From the NCBI GenBank assembly GCA_015233675.1, contig JADFXH010000008.1:26003-90002 (forward strand): a DNA stretch of 64,000 bases, given 5' to 3'. Source of the stretch: Candidatus Omnitrophota bacterium (GTDB taxonomy: Bacteria > Omnitrophota > Gorgyraeia > Zapsychrales > Fredricksoniimonadaceae). The notes under the pieces were generated by a model, which was not told where the DNA came from, did no database searches, and worked only from the letters and a program-made list of their open reading frames with translations. Of the stretch, positions 1 to 11,935 are shown piece by piece (positions within the stretch are counted from its first letter, which is position 1; every line of letters starts with the position of its first letter). Position numbers and translations under genes: made by a program.

Positions 1-1271
1 TGATCTATCGCTTCCTGAGTCTGAGGCATAACCCCGTCATCAGCAGCCACAACTAAAACAACTATATCAGTAATATGCGCACCTCGGGCGCGCATGGCGG
101 TAAATGCTTCATGGCCAGGAGTATCTAAAAACGTAATATCACCATTAGATGATTTAACGGAATATGCCGCAATATGCTGGGTAATTCCGCCATGTTCGCT
201 GTCAGCCACATGGGCAGAACGGATGCGATCAAGCAGGGATGTCTTACCATGGTCAACATGCCCCATAAATGTGACAACCGGAGCACGCGGTTTTAATGTG
301 GAAAGATCATCCTTTTGATGCTGATGCACATCAATAAGTTCTTCTTCCTGCGTTTTACTTTTGATAACATTAAAACCAAAAGAATTTGCCAATTTCCCAA
401 CTATCTCATCACCTAAATTTTGGTTAATATTGGCAAAAACCCCCATATTCAAAAGTTTTTTCAAAACCACGTTCATCTTCTGATTAATGCGTACGGCAAA
501 ATCTTTAACACTGATGGGAATTGACAGCTCAATATCTAATAGCGGCCCCGCAGGCTGCGCATCGGGAATAACCGCTCCTGCAATGGAAGCTGAGGGTTTA
601 TGATCACGGCCACGTAAAGCCCCCGTCGAATCTTCAAATGACCTCTTGCGTTTTTTAGCTAAAGGTTTGACCGCCACAAAAGGTTCATCATAACGGACCT
701 TTTTCTTAATTGAATCTATGGGTAAAATATCCTTAGGTATATCAATTTTAGTTACATCTATAATAGGCACCACAACCTTAGGGGCCACTTCAACCTTTGG
801 AAGTTCAGCCTTCGGGGCTTCCGTTTTTACTGTCAAAGGTTTGGCGGGAACATCGGGAATAAGGACAGATGCCTGAGGCGGCTTAACAACAACCGGAGGT
901 TCAACAGGATCTGCTTTCTTTAAAACCGGTTTTTTAGGAAGAGGCTCATCTTCAGCCTCAAGAGCTGTTTTCTTTCTAGCAGGAGCAGGTTTAGGTTTTT
1001 TGTCTTTCTTAACTTCAACACTTTTCACTTTAGGCTTATCAACATTTGCGACTGGAGAAGATCTGACTTTTTTCACAGTTTTTTTGGGCGGCTCTGGCTC
1101 ATCGACCACCTTTTGACCTATGCCTTCATCAGCCAAAGCATCACGTAAAATCATTTCAACGACAGCGGTTAATTCACCCGCTTCTTTGGAACGTAATTTT
1201 AATGATTTGATTTTATCGTTAATGTACTCTTCTGTAATTTTCAGCTCTTTGGCTAAATCTGCTATTCGCAT
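1..1271 (-). CDS. infB: translation initiation factor IF-2, N-terminal ~423 codons (rest lies beyond the left edge)
   Basis: Absent from the ORF track because it runs off the window. Reverse translation starts [12 protein letters not shown] at 1271. It contains GTPase motifs [17 protein letters not shown] (from ~290-240) and LDTPGHEAF (~130-100). It sits 1 nt after the nusA stop, the conserved nusA-infB order. Confidence 0.92.
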   Translation of the reverse strand, partial: MRIADLAKELKITEEYINDKIKSLKLRSKEAGELTAVVEMILRDALADEGIGQKVVDEPEPPKKTVKKVRSSPVANVDKPKVKSVEVKKDKKPKPAPARKKTALEAEDEPLPKKPVLKKADPVEPPVVVKPPQASVLIPDVPAKPLTVKTEAPKAELPKVEVAPKVVVPIIDVTKIDIPKDILPIDSIKKKVRYDEPFVAVKPLAKKRKRSFEDSTGALRGRDHKPSASIAGAVIPDAQPAGPLLDIELSIPISVKDFAVRINQKMNVVLKKLLNMGVFANINQNLGDEIVGKLANSFGFNVIKSKTQEEELIDVHQHQKDDLSTLKPRAPVVTFMGHVDHGKTSLLDRIRSAHVADSEHGGITQHIAAYSVKSSNGDITFLDTPGHEAFTAMRARGAHITDIVVLVVAADDGVMPQTQEAID

Positions 1272-1272
1272 A

Positions 1273-2319
1273 TTATTCCTGTTCCTCTTCTTCTTTAGAA
1301 TCCTCATCAGACGGTGTAACATCTTGGGGAGGAGTACTGGTTACTGTCCCCTCGGGATCAGAGGTCTTTTGTTTTTCTTCCCATTGTTTGGCAGAATAAA
1401 TATCCAATTCCCAACCTATCAATTTACTGGCCAAACGCACATTCTGACCATATTTACCTATTGCCAACGATAGTTGATCTTCGTCCACAATAATGTTAAC
1501 TCTCTTTTCATCGGCAATCAACTGCATCTGTGATATTTCGGCCGGAGATAACGCCGCTTGAATATATTCCTTGATGTCTTCAGAATGGCGGACGATGTCG
1601 ATTTTCTCGCCATGCAATTCCGTAACAATATTCTTAACACGGCTGCCGCGCATACCGACACAAGCCCCCACACAATCAATTTTTTCGTCTTTTGAATAAA
1701 CCGCTATTTTGGTGCGCTCACCGGCATCCCGTGCAATAGCTTTTATCTCGATAATACCTTCATAGATCTCAGGCACTTCCAATTCAAAAAGACGTTTGAC
1801 AAAATTGGGATGTGCCCTTGAAAGAATAATCTGGGGACCACGATTCTCCCGGCGGACTTCCATGACATAAGCACGGATACGCTCCCCTTGACGGAACTCT
1901 TCCTTATTGCTCTGTTCGCTTTTGGGTATCAATGCTTCGGATTTCCCCAAATCCACAATAATATTGCCGCGTTCAAATCTATAAACGCTGCCGCTGATAA
2001 TCTGTCCGATACGGGCATTGTATTCACTAAATACCACGTCCTTTTCAGCTTCGCGGATCTTTTGAATAACTACTTGTTTCGCAGTTTGCGCGGCAATACG
2101 GCCGAATTCACTGGAATGGATCTCTTCATCTCCGGACCAGGCCTTGATCTTCCCTGTTTTACGGTCTAAAGTCACTTTGACATCTTCTTCTTTGTCAACA
2201 GTCCATATTTTTCTTGCAGCAGAGGCTACCGCAGCTTCAACTGCCGCGATCAAAGTCTCCTTATCAATGCCTTTATCACGTTCTAATTGTTCTAAAATAA
2301 CCATTAATTCACTATCCAT
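1273..2319 (-). CDS. nusA: transcription termination/antitermination factor NusA
   Basis: 348-aa ORF. N-terminus is [20 protein letters not shown]-type motifs [11 protein letters not shown] and [12 protein letters not shown] are present. Lies between rimP and infB. Confidence 0.93.
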   Translation of the reverse strand: MDSELMVILEQLERDKGIDKETLIAAVEAAVASAARKIWTVDKEEDVKVTLDRKTGKIKAWSGDEEIHSSEFGRIAAQTAKQVVIQKIREAEKDVVFSEYNARIGQIISGSVYRFERGNIIVDLGKSEALIPKSEQSNKEEFRQGERIRAYVMEVRRENRGPQIILSRAHPNFVKRLFELEVPEIYEGIIEIKAIARDAGERTKIAVYSKDEKIDCVGACVGMRGSRVKNIVTELHGEKIDIVRHSEDIKEYIQAALSPAEISQMQLIADEKRVNIIVDEDQLSLAIGKYGQNVRLASKLIGWELDIYSAKQWEEKQKTSDPEGTVTSTPPQDVTPSDEDSKEEEEQE

Positions 2320-2385
2320 ACTAACTTTCTCCTAATTATTCTTCCGTGTTAATCAAGTGACAATAAACAAAAACATCCTTACCTT

Positions 2386-2862
2386 TCAAAAAACCAGCAT
2401 CCCTTTAATAATAGAAACCAAAGGTAAAACCAGCTTAGCGGCGCTTGAAGCCTCAATCGTCAGGGCCGACTCATTTAGCTCCCTAAGTATACCCTGTGTT
2501 TCATTTTTCCCGTCAATAGGATCATTAAGCCAAAAATGTATTTCTTGACCTATAACCCTTTTAAAATCTTTATGTGTGACTAGCTGCCTGTCTAATCCCG
2601 GCGAAGATAATTCCAGGGAGAAAATCTCAGGAGGCAATATATTTTCCTGCTCTATGGCGGCTGCCAATTTTTTGTTTAGTATAGCACATTCTCCTATAGA
2701 AATACCACCTGAAGGTTTATCAGCTGTAATTTGGATAAAAACGTCATTTTTGTTTCCGCTGATTTTTAATTCGACCAAATCCGCACCAAACGCCTCGAAA
2801 ACCCTTTTGGTCAGCAATTCAATTTCTTTTTGGATCTCTGTAAAACTCAAAGAGATGGGCAT
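2386..2862 (-). CDS. rimP: ribosome maturation factor RimP
   Basis: 158-aa ORF immediately upstream of nusA. Has an LELSSPGLDRQL motif typical of the RimP/YlxS family. Confidence 0.85.
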   Translation of the reverse strand: MPISLSFTEIQKEIELLTKRVFEAFGADLVELKISGNKNDVFIQITADKPSGGISIGECAILNKKLAAAIEQENILPPEIFSLELSSPGLDRQLVTHKDFKRVIGQEIHFWLNDPIDGKNETQGILRELNESALTIEASSAAKLVLPLVSIIKGMLVF

Positions 2863-4088
2863 AATCTTAATATCTCTTCTTTAACTTTATCTTTATCAAC
2901 GACAATTACTTGACCGCTACGACGAATTTTAATTTCTACCTGATTATTAGTCAACATACGTTTACCGATAATAATACGCAATGGTATACCGATCAAATCA
3001 GCGTCATTAAATTTTCTCCCTGCACTCTCATCACGGTCATCCAGGAGAACGTCCATTCCTATTCCTTTAAGTTCTTCATAATATTTTTTAGCCAGACTCA
3101 TAGTATTTTCATCGGAAGCTTGAATGGCCAGAATTTCCACATCAAAGGGAGCAATCTCTTTAGGCCAAATAATACCGCCGGAATCATTATTAACTTCAAT
3201 AATTGCGGCAATTAAACGGCTGACACCGATACCATAACAACCCATGATCATGGGCCGTTGATCCCCTTTTTCATCTAAGTACACAGCGCCCAAACTTTCA
3301 GAATATTTGGTGCCCAACTGAAAAACATGGCCTAGCTCAATAGCTACTTTGCGTTCCCACTGACTGCCTTGGGGAATTTTTCCTTCTTCGTCCTTGATTG
3401 TCTGACCGTCATCTTTATTAACCCAGACAGCGTCTTCACCAATGGGAGCCGCCACCAAAAATTCATGCGAAATGCTTCCCCCCATGGCTCCGCTGTCCGC
3501 AGAAACAACTATCACATCCAACCCGCAACATTTAAAAATTCTATTATAAGCTTGCAATTGCAAATCATAATTTTTTTTGAGGCCTTCCCAATCACGGTCA
3601 AAACTATAAGCATCTTTCATGATAAATTCACAGGCACGGACAATGCCGAAACGTGTACGGATCTCATCCCGGAATTTAGTCTGTATTTGGTACAACGTGA
3701 CCGGAAGTTGACGATAGCTCTTGATAAATTGCCTTGCTAAATCCGTAATAATTTCTTCATGAGTCGGGCCCAGACACATACGCTGGCCTTTTTTATTATC
3801 AAAAGTGATCATAATTTCTTTAAGCGTGACGTCACGGCCGGTTTTTTCCCAAATATCAATCGGATGGAGTGCAGGCATCAATAATTCATGGCAACCGATA
3901 GCATTCATTTCCTGACGGATAATATTCTCAACACGCGCTAACACTTTATAACCCAAGGGCAAATAAGAATACACTCCTGAAGTCAGCATATGGACTAGCC
4001 CTGCGCGCAACGAAAGCTGATGACTTATAGCCTCAGTTCCAGTAGGAACTTCTTTTAAAGTAGGTATAAAATATTTAGACCAGTACAT
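2847..4088 (-). CDS. proS: prolyl-tRNA synthetase, short form without the INS editing domain
   Basis: 413-aa class II aaRS. Bacterial ProRS-like start MYWSKYFIPTLKE. Motif 2 region is FRDEIRTRFGIVRACEF and motif 3 is GCYGIGVSRLIAAIIE. Only ~25 aa lie where the ~180-aa INS domain would be. Confidence 0.88.
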   Translation of the reverse strand: MYWSKYFIPTLKEVPTGTEAISHQLSLRAGLVHMLTSGVYSYLPLGYKVLARVENIIRQEMNAIGCHELLMPALHPIDIWEKTGRDVTLKEIMITFDNKKGQRMCLGPTHEEIITDLARQFIKSYRQLPVTLYQIQTKFRDEIRTRFGIVRACEFIMKDAYSFDRDWEGLKKNYDLQLQAYNRIFKCCGLDVIVVSADSGAMGGSISHEFLVAAPIGEDAVWVNKDDGQTIKDEEGKIPQGSQWERKVAIELGHVFQLGTKYSESLGAVYLDEKGDQRPMIMGCYGIGVSRLIAAIIEVNNDSGGIIWPKEIAPFDVEILAIQASDENTMSLAKKYYEELKGIGMDVLLDDRDESAGRKFNDADLIGIPLRIIIGKRMLTNNQVEIKIRRSGQVIVVDKDKVKEEILRLCPSL

Positions 4089-4114
4089 AACAACTACTCC
4101 CCCATGTAATCCCC

Positions 4115-5389
4115 TTATACAAAAAACCCCGCGGGTAATTGAATATTGCGTTTGACAAACTTATCATAAAAAGATGGTATTTGATTATTCATCACCCAAT
4201 CACCGATAACATGTCCCTTTTCATCAATCCTCTCCTGTTTGAAGGTAACAATATCCATTAGTGAACTGATGCCGGTTTTCTTATCACATCGCAAATCCGT
4301 GATATTAGTAATCCTGCGTACACCGTCCAGATAAAGCTCCACATAAACAATCAAATCAATTGAAGTTGCCAACTGCTTTTGTATCTGTTCTCCGCTTAAA
4401 CGTATCCCTGACATCAACATCATTGTAATCATGCGATTAAAACATTCCTCTGGGGAATCAGCGTGGACGATGGCCAAAGAACCGGCATGACCGGAAGCAA
4501 TGGACTGGACTAAATCCAGAATTTCTTCACCGCGAACCTCACCGATGATAATACGGTCCGGACGCATACGCAAAGAATTGACAAATAAGTCACGAATAGT
4601 CACTTCACCTTTACCTTCCATGTTAGCCGGTTTAGCCTGCAGAGAAACCACATGTTCCTGCATCAAGCGAAGTTCAGAGGTGTCCTCAATAGTAATAATA
4701 CGCTCATGTCCGGGGATATGACTGGAGAGGACATTAAGCAGCGTTGTCTTTCCACTGCCGGTAGAACCGCAAAAAACAATATTCAATTTTGCCTTAATAG
4801 CGGCGATCAATAAGGCCGCCATTTGTTTATTAAGAGTTCCTCGTTGGATTAGATCATCGATTGTGGTTAAATCGCGAGAAAATTTCCTGATAGTCAGGAT
4901 AGGCCCCAGCAAAGAACAGGGAGGTAAAATAACATTAACGCGTGATCCATCAGCCATGGAAAAATCCACATATGGGGAAGATTCGTCTACCCGCCGGCTG
5001 GAACCGGATGCTGCCAAAATTTTCTGAATTGTATGCATCAAATTTGCATTATCAGGGAAAAAAACAGCCGACTTTTCAATTCTTCCAGCGCGTTGAATAT
5101 ATACTGATTTAGCCCCATTAACCATTATTTCGGTTATGGTAGCATCATCAACTAAAGAGCGCAGCGGCCCCAAACTGACAATTGAGGCGGCCAATTCACG
5201 AAGGATTGAAAGCCGCTCCTCCAAAGTAATCACTAACTTTGTTTCCTGACAAAGCTTGTCAATGGCAGAATCCACAAAAGTACGCATCTGATCGCTATGC
5301 ATAGTATCTTTAACTTCCAGAAAATTGGTCTTGGTGACTAAATAATGATGAATACGGGCCTTGATTTCATTTTTATCGAAATTAGACAT
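4115..5389 (-). CDS. CpaF/TadA-family secretion ATPase (type II/IV secretion NTPase)
   Basis: 424 aa. Walker A is GSTGSGKTT, Asp box ERIITIEDTSEL, Walker B RPDRIIIGEVRG, His box SGHAGSLAIVHA. SD GAGGTG lies upstream of the ATG at 5389. Confidence 0.8.
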   Translation of the reverse strand: MSNFDKNEIKARIHHYLVTKTNFLEVKDTMHSDQMRTFVDSAIDKLCQETKLVITLEERLSILRELAASIVSLGPLRSLVDDATITEIMVNGAKSVYIQRAGRIEKSAVFFPDNANLMHTIQKILAASGSSRRVDESSPYVDFSMADGSRVNVILPPCSLLGPILTIRKFSRDLTTIDDLIQRGTLNKQMAALLIAAIKAKLNIVFCGSTGSGKTTLLNVLSSHIPGHERIITIEDTSELRLMQEHVVSLQAKPANMEGKGEVTIRDLFVNSLRMRPDRIIIGEVRGEEILDLVQSIASGHAGSLAIVHADSPEECFNRMITMMLMSGIRLSGEQIQKQLATSIDLIVYVELYLDGVRRITNITDLRCDKKTGISSLMDIVTFKQERIDEKGHVIGDWVMNNQIPSFYDKFVKRNIQLPAGFFV

Positions 5390-5407
5390 AGATCACCTCA
5401 AAGATTT

Positions 5408-6529
5408 TTAAAGTCCCGTTCCTTTGAATAATTTAATTATTTTATCAATCAAGCCGATTCGTTCAAAATCTGAATAAAATACAAATAAAGCTAGCATAAT
5501 GATCAAAGCAAATCCAGCCTTAGCAATAAATTGATCGGCCTTCACGGATAAAGCTCTGCCACGTAATTTCTCCAGGCAAATCAAAAATAAATGCCCGCCG
5601 TCCAATGGCATCACAGGCAATAAATTAAAAATAGCCAAAGAAGCGCTGAGAATTCCCACAATATGCAAGAGAAAAGAAAACCCTATGGTCAAAGCGAACT
5701 TAATCACAAAAAACATGCCTATAATACCCATCGCTTCTTTGGGAGAACGAGCTCCTATCGCCATTTCATAAAGCGCCTCATAGGTTTTGACACTGATGTT
5801 CCGTAATTCTTCGCCTGCTTTAACGAAAGATTCCAAAAATCCATAACGCATAACTATAACATCTTTAGTATTATTAATGGGTATTGGTCCCACACCGATA
5901 CGCCGTACTTTATGGAGCCGGCCAAATATATCCTGATTATCTGTTTCTTGCGCTGTAATCCCTATGGTGATGTCATGGTTTGCCCGCTCAATGGTTAGGG
6001 TCAAGCGATTTGAGGTGGAATTGGAAACCAAATCCTGCAACTGGGACCAATGATCAATAGCAAATCCATTGATCTTCAATATTCTGTCTCCCAGTTTCAA
6101 CCCTGCTTCTTGTGCCGGTGAGTGCTCTAATACCTGACCGACAACAGGAGAAACTCTCTGAGAAGAAAGATCTATATCCACATAACCGATCATAAACATA
6201 ATCCAAAAACATGCATAAGCCAAAATTAAATTTACTACAGGCCCCATTAAAATTATCAAAGCTCTTTGTCCCGCAGGTTTAGAAAAATATTCATCGCGTG
6301 AGCCTGAGCATTTTTCACGCTCATCACCGGCCATTTTAACAAAACCGCCTAAGGGAACGGCACATAAACAAAATTGACAACCATCATGCTCCCAACCTAA
6401 TAATTTTGGTCCAAAACCCAGGGCAAACTGCTCAATTTTAACTCCACATTTTTTTGCAATAATGAAATGGCCCCATTCATGCACTAAAATCAAAAGGCTC
6501 AATATAAAAATAAAAACAATTAATGACAT
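5408..6529 (-). CDS. rseP: RIP metalloprotease RseP (site-2 protease)
   Basis: 373 aa. HEWGHF (HExxH) sits in the first TM helix, with a central PDZ-like segment and a LLPVMPLDGGH motif. Follows dxr as in many bacteria. Confidence 0.88.
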   Translation of the reverse strand: MSLIVFIFILSLLILVHEWGHFIIAKKCGVKIEQFALGFGPKLLGWEHDGCQFCLCAVPLGGFVKMAGDEREKCSGSRDEYFSKPAGQRALIILMGPVVNLILAYACFWIMFMIGYVDIDLSSQRVSPVVGQVLEHSPAQEAGLKLGDRILKINGFAIDHWSQLQDLVSNSTSNRLTLTIERANHDITIGITAQETDNQDIFGRLHKVRRIGVGPIPINNTKDVIVMRYGFLESFVKAGEELRNISVKTYEALYEMAIGARSPKEAMGIIGMFFVIKFALTIGFSFLLHIVGILSASLAIFNLLPVMPLDGGHLFLICLEKLRGRALSVKADQFIAKAGFALIIMLALFVFYSDFERIGLIDKIIKLFKGTGL

Positions 6530-6596
6530 AAATTTCCTTACCGGATTCCTCGCTTATAAAACCGCAGGTCCCCGCAGCTTTCTTGTGATGGTGCTA

Positions 6597-7751
6597 TCAG
6601 GCCAAGTGATACTCCATAATATTTTGAGCTTCTTGTCTAGCCCATTTATCTGTCTGCAGTATGGCTTGCAGAGATGGATTTTTAACTATTGTATGACGTA
6701 AAACCACTTTTTCAACGACTTTATATATACTTAAAAAATCAATCCTCCCTAATAAAAATGCCTCTACCGCTTCTTCATCCGCGGCGTTTAGCACTGTTGG
6801 CACGCTTCCGGCCAAACGGGCCGCTTCAAAAGCCAGGCCAAGAGCTGGGAACCTTTTAAGATCAGGTTCATAAAAATTTAGAGCCCCTGTTTCTGCTAAA
6901 TTAAGCCTGTTAAGACCCGTCGGCAAACGATCAGGATATGTCAAGGCGTATTGAATAGGCAGCCGCATATCCGTAATACCTAACTGAGCAAGCAGTGAAC
7001 CATCTGCAAATTCCACCATTGAATGAACGATCGCCTCAGGATGAACCAATACTTTAATTTGACTGTAGCTTAAATTAAATAAGTGTTTGGCTTCAATAAC
7101 TTCAAAGCCTTTATTCATCATAGTCGCTGAATCAACGGTAATTTTGGGGCCCATTTTCCAGCGAGGATGGCGTAAAACATCCTTTGGCGTTATCCGCTTA
7201 AAATCTTTTGACCGCACTTCTCTTAAAGGTCCGCCAGAAGCAGTTAAATGAACAAATACAGGTCTTGATTTTTGACCTTCCAAACATTGAAAAATAGCGC
7301 TTTGTTCACTGTCTATAGGAATAATGCGCGCGTGGTGTCGCAAGGCCTCATCCATAATCAAATCGCCTGCAATAACCAACGCTTCTTTGTTAGCTGGTGC
7401 AACTGTCTTACCAGCACGCAATGCCTCTAAAAAAGGCATCAGAGCACTTACCCCCCGCATGGCCAGGACAACTACATCCACCTCTTTCAAGGATGCAAGA
7501 TAGCCGCAATCCTGAGAAGGATAAAACTTTACTCCCTTTATACCCGCATTCTTAAAATAAATTAACCCTTCCGGCCCTATGGCTACATGGGAAGGCTTAT
7601 ATTTTTTTATCTGTTCTCCAAGCAATTCAAAATTATTGTATGCGCTTAAAGCTACCACCTGAAAGCGCTTGGAATTATGATCCACCACCTTCAAGGTGTT
7701 AAGGCCTATGGATCCAGTTGAACCTAAAATGGCTATACGACAAGGTTTCAT
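6597..7751 (-). CDS. dxr: 1-deoxy-D-xylulose-5-phosphate reductoisomerase
   Basis: 384 aa. N-terminal ILGSTGSIGLNTL NADPH-binding motif and Dxr-typical LTASGGPL and HPRWKMGPKITVDSATMMNKGFE. Confidence 0.94.
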   Translation of the reverse strand: MKPCRIAILGSTGSIGLNTLKVVDHNSKRFQVVALSAYNNFELLGEQIKKYKPSHVAIGPEGLIYFKNAGIKGVKFYPSQDCGYLASLKEVDVVVLAMRGVSALMPFLEALRAGKTVAPANKEALVIAGDLIMDEALRHHARIIPIDSEQSAIFQCLEGQKSRPVFVHLTASGGPLREVRSKDFKRITPKDVLRHPRWKMGPKITVDSATMMNKGFEVIEAKHLFNLSYSQIKVLVHPEAIVHSMVEFADGSLLAQLGITDMRLPIQYALTYPDRLPTGLNRLNLAETGALNFYEPDLKRFPALGLAFEAARLAGSVPTVLNAADEEAVEAFLLGRIDFLSIYKVVEKVVLRHTIVKNPSLQAILQTDKWARQEAQNIMEYHLA

Positions 7752-8575
7752 TAATGAACTGTATTAAGTGAAGAGCTCATGTATAAATAGAACGCTGGCG
7801 CCGAAAATAATAAGCTGTCAATGACATCCAAAACTCCGCCCATTCCAGGCAGAAATTTACCGGAATCTTTGATGCCGCAGTCTCGCTTGATCAAAGATTC
7901 GGAAAGATCCCCTAACTGACCCAAACCACCAAAAAAAGCTCCTATAAAAAAAACCTGCCACAACGGTAAATTCAATATCGACGGTAAGAAAGAACGAACG
8001 AGCAATGCCATACATGCAGCGATCAAAACTGCCCCAAGTGTACCTTCAATAGATTTATTAGGGCTTACTTTTGGCAATAGCGGATGTTTGCCAAAACTGC
8101 TACCGATAAGCAACGCGCCAATATCTGAACTTTTAGTCACCAGAAGAATAAACCCCAATAATTTAACTCCTTCTATTCCCGGTAGCATCAGACGGATCTT
8201 GACTAAAAAACTAAAAAACCAGGAAACATACAATACTCCGAAAAGGGTCGTCGACAAACCTAAAATCGCATGACGATTATCCTTACGGGCAAATTGCATA
8301 AGTAAAATCAGCAAAAAACCTATAACTATAAATAACAATTCCCAATTCTTAGTTGGCTCAAAATGTGTAAAAATAGAAACAGGAATCAAAACACCTATAA
8401 AAATACCGGTATAACTATAAATCGGAACATCTTTTTTACGTACCATATAAAAAAATTCATAAAGACCGCCTGCTGTTAACAAAACTACTACCAAAATAAA
8501 TAAAAAGTCATTAAGAACAGCCGATGCTGTTAGAGTGATCATAAATATCGATGATATTAACCTTGACCAAGACAT
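7751..8575 (-). CDS. cdsA: phosphatidate cytidylyltransferase
   Basis: 274-aa polytopic membrane protein. C-terminal signature is SLIKRDCGIKDSGKFLPGMGGVLDVIDS. Lies between uppS and dxr. Confidence 0.87.
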   Translation of the reverse strand: MSWSRLISSIFMITLTASAVLNDFLFILVVVLLTAGGLYEFFYMVRKKDVPIYSYTGIFIGVLIPVSIFTHFEPTKNWELLFIVIGFLLILLMQFARKDNRHAILGLSTTLFGVLYVSWFFSFLVKIRLMLPGIEGVKLLGFILLVTKSSDIGALLIGSSFGKHPLLPKVSPNKSIEGTLGAVLIAACMALLVRSFLPSILNLPLWQVFFIGAFFGGLGQLGDLSESLIKRDCGIKDSGKFLPGMGGVLDVIDSLLFSAPAFYLYMSSSLNTVH

Positions 8576-8587
8576 ATTGACACCTCC

Positions 8588-9301
8588 CTACACCTTAACA
8601 CCTCCCCAACGACGCTCTCTTTGGGCATAACTATCCAACGCTTTTAAAAACTGCTCTTTGTTAAATTCCGGCCAACATTTATCCGTAAAATAAAATTCAG
8701 CGTAAGAAAGCTGCCATAATAAAAAATTGCTGATACGTTCTTCACCTGAAGTACGGATCAAGAGATCAGGGTCCGGCTGCCCTTTCGTGTATAAACAGGA
8801 ACTAATAAGTTTTTCGTCAATATCATCATCTTTTATCTTGCCTTCATTCAACTGGCAAGCAATGGATTTGATAGCATCAACTATCTCGCCTCGCGCACCA
8901 TAATTAAATGCTATATTTAGCGTCATGGCCGCAGGTTCCTTCGTTACAATAGCTGCTTCATCCATGGCCTTTAATACTTCTTGTGGCACCCCCTGACGGC
9001 GGCCAATAAAATTAATTCTGACTCCATTTTCCCTGAGCTCTTTAGCTTTTTGACCTAAAACCAGAATAAACGTACGCATGATCATGGACACTTCATCATG
9101 CGGTCGGCTCCAATTTTCCGTCGAAAAAGCATAAACAGTCAGAAAGCCTATGCCCATATCACGGGCGACTTTAATGATCTCCTCAACCCGCTTAACCCCT
9201 TCCAAGTGCCCCTGAGCGCGACTCATCCCCCGGGCTTTTGCCCAACGGCCGTTACCATCCATAATAATAGCTACATGACGGGGAAGAAAATCTGTTTGCA
9301 T
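8588..9301 (-). CDS. uppS: undecaprenyl-diphosphate synthase (cis-prenyltransferase)
   Basis: 237 aa. Motifs HVAIIMDGNGRWA and IRTSGEERISNFLLWQLSYAEFYF. Confidence 0.94.
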   Translation of the reverse strand: MQTDFLPRHVAIIMDGNGRWAKARGMSRAQGHLEGVKRVEEIIKVARDMGIGFLTVYAFSTENWSRPHDEVSMIMRTFILVLGQKAKELRENGVRINFIGRRQGVPQEVLKAMDEAAIVTKEPAAMTLNIAFNYGARGEIVDAIKSIACQLNEGKIKDDDIDEKLISSCLYTKGQPDPDLLIRTSGEERISNFLLWQLSYAEFYFTDKCWPEFNKEQFLKALDSYAQRERRWGGVKV

Positions 9302-9310
9302 ATTTCAATT

Positions 9311-9343
9311 TATAAATAAAATGGGGGATATTCATCCCCCATT
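9311..9343 (-). terminator. rho-independent terminator after the coiled-coil protein gene
   Basis: AATGGGGGA / TCCCCCATT stem (9320-9328 / 9335-9343), followed on the minus strand by TTTTATTTAT. Confidence 0.6.
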
Positions 9344-9367
9344 ATAAAACCCCAGCATACTTAAAAG

Positions 9368-9814
9368 TCAGTGCCCCATAGCGTTTGAACCTGCAGCCGG
9401 TTGTAGAGATGGTTTAAGCGCTCCTGCAGACGCAGAAGGTTCTGTTTGAAGTTTTGCTTGCAAGTTAGCTACAGCCGCAGCTTTTTCTTGAATCACTGCC
9501 TGCAACTTAGATTCCAAATCAACTTTTGCTTGTGTCAATTCAGCATATTGTTTTTTCAAATCTGTATTTACATTTTTTTCCTGATCGAGTATATCTTCGA
9601 TCTTGGCCATTTTATTCTGATTTTCCTTCAACTCCACCTGAAGAGTCGTTAATTTGGCATCATTTTTTTGTAAGGTCTCTTCCGCCACCATACGACTATA
9701 ACGTTCCTCTTCTAAATTTTTTCCTGCTTTATTAGCCTTTTCGGCAAAACGGACCATAAGAACCGATAGGACAACCGCCACTAAAATAGATATGACCAGA
9801 AAAATATCTTTCAT
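9368..9814 (-). CDS. membrane-anchored coiled-coil protein, function unknown
   Basis: 148 aa. N-terminal TM helix (IFLVISILVAVVLSVLMV), then heptad-like Q/E/K/L-rich sequence. No recognisable catalytic motif. Confidence 0.6.
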   Translation of the reverse strand: MKDIFLVISILVAVVLSVLMVRFAEKANKAGKNLEEERYSRMVAEETLQKNDAKLTTLQVELKENQNKMAKIEDILDQEKNVNTDLKKQYAELTQAKVDLESKLQAVIQEKAAAVANLQAKLQTEPSASAGALKPSLQPAAGSNAMGH

Positions 9815-9868
9815 ATAAAATTCCCCTATTACTTAGCTAAAAGCCAAGCATCTAGTCTTTTTTAAATT

Positions 9869-10507
9869 TTAATTGCCGTTGCCTTGATCAACCGCGGCAT
9901 CAGCATTCTTCATTTCAGTCTTAGGAAGAATAACAATTTCAACACGGCGATTTTTCTGACGGCCTTCCTTCGTTTCATTAGAAGCGACCGGTTTATATTC
10001 ACCGTAACCTATTGCCGCTAGACGAGGCTCAGCAACGCTTTTATCACTTAAATAATGCAAGACCGATAAAGCGCGAGCAGTAGACAATTCCCAGTTGGAT
10101 TTCCAGCCAGATCTCTTGATCGGCTGGTTATCCGTATGCCCTTCAATTCCAACATTTAAATCAGAAACTGTCGTATTGAGCACATTAGCTACTTTACTTA
10201 ATTTCGGATAGGAATCCTTGCGCAATTTAGCTTTCCCTGAATCAAATAATACTTCTGATACGAAAGTAATAACTAAACCCTTATCCTGCATTTCTACCTT
10301 CACCTGCTTATTATTAATCTCATCTTGAAGGCGTTTTTCTAACTCATTCTTAGCCCTCTCTAATTCGCTCATATCATTCTTTAATTTAGATATTTTTTCA
10401 ATATCGGTACGACGCCCCTTTTGAAGGATAACCGTACAACCAGAAAGCCCCAGAGCAAGCACCAGGACTAAAGAAATATTCATAAAAATTACTTTATTTG
10501 AACGCAT
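9869..10507 (-). CDS. OmpA/MotB-domain lipoprotein (peptidoglycan-associated)
   Basis: 212 aa. Lipobox is LGLSGC, with a coiled-coil linker. C-terminal OmpA-like domain: GHTDNQPI, NWELSTARALSV, NRRVEIVILP. Confidence 0.82.
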   Translation of the reverse strand: MRSNKVIFMNISLVLVLALGLSGCTVILQKGRRTDIEKISKLKNDMSELERAKNELEKRLQDEINNKQVKVEMQDKGLVITFVSEVLFDSGKAKLRKDSYPKLSKVANVLNTTVSDLNVGIEGHTDNQPIKRSGWKSNWELSTARALSVLHYLSDKSVAEPRLAAIGYGEYKPVASNETKEGRQKNRRVEIVILPKTEMKNADAAVDQGNGN

Positions 10508-10582
10508 TACTTCCTCCTTTGTTATTTAGAACTCAAATTATCACAGGCAGTTATGAAAGTCAAGCAATGAAATGTTCTCTCT

Positions 10583-11911
<1,329 letters not shown>

Positions 11912-11935
11912 TTACCGCACCTTTATCGACCAAGG

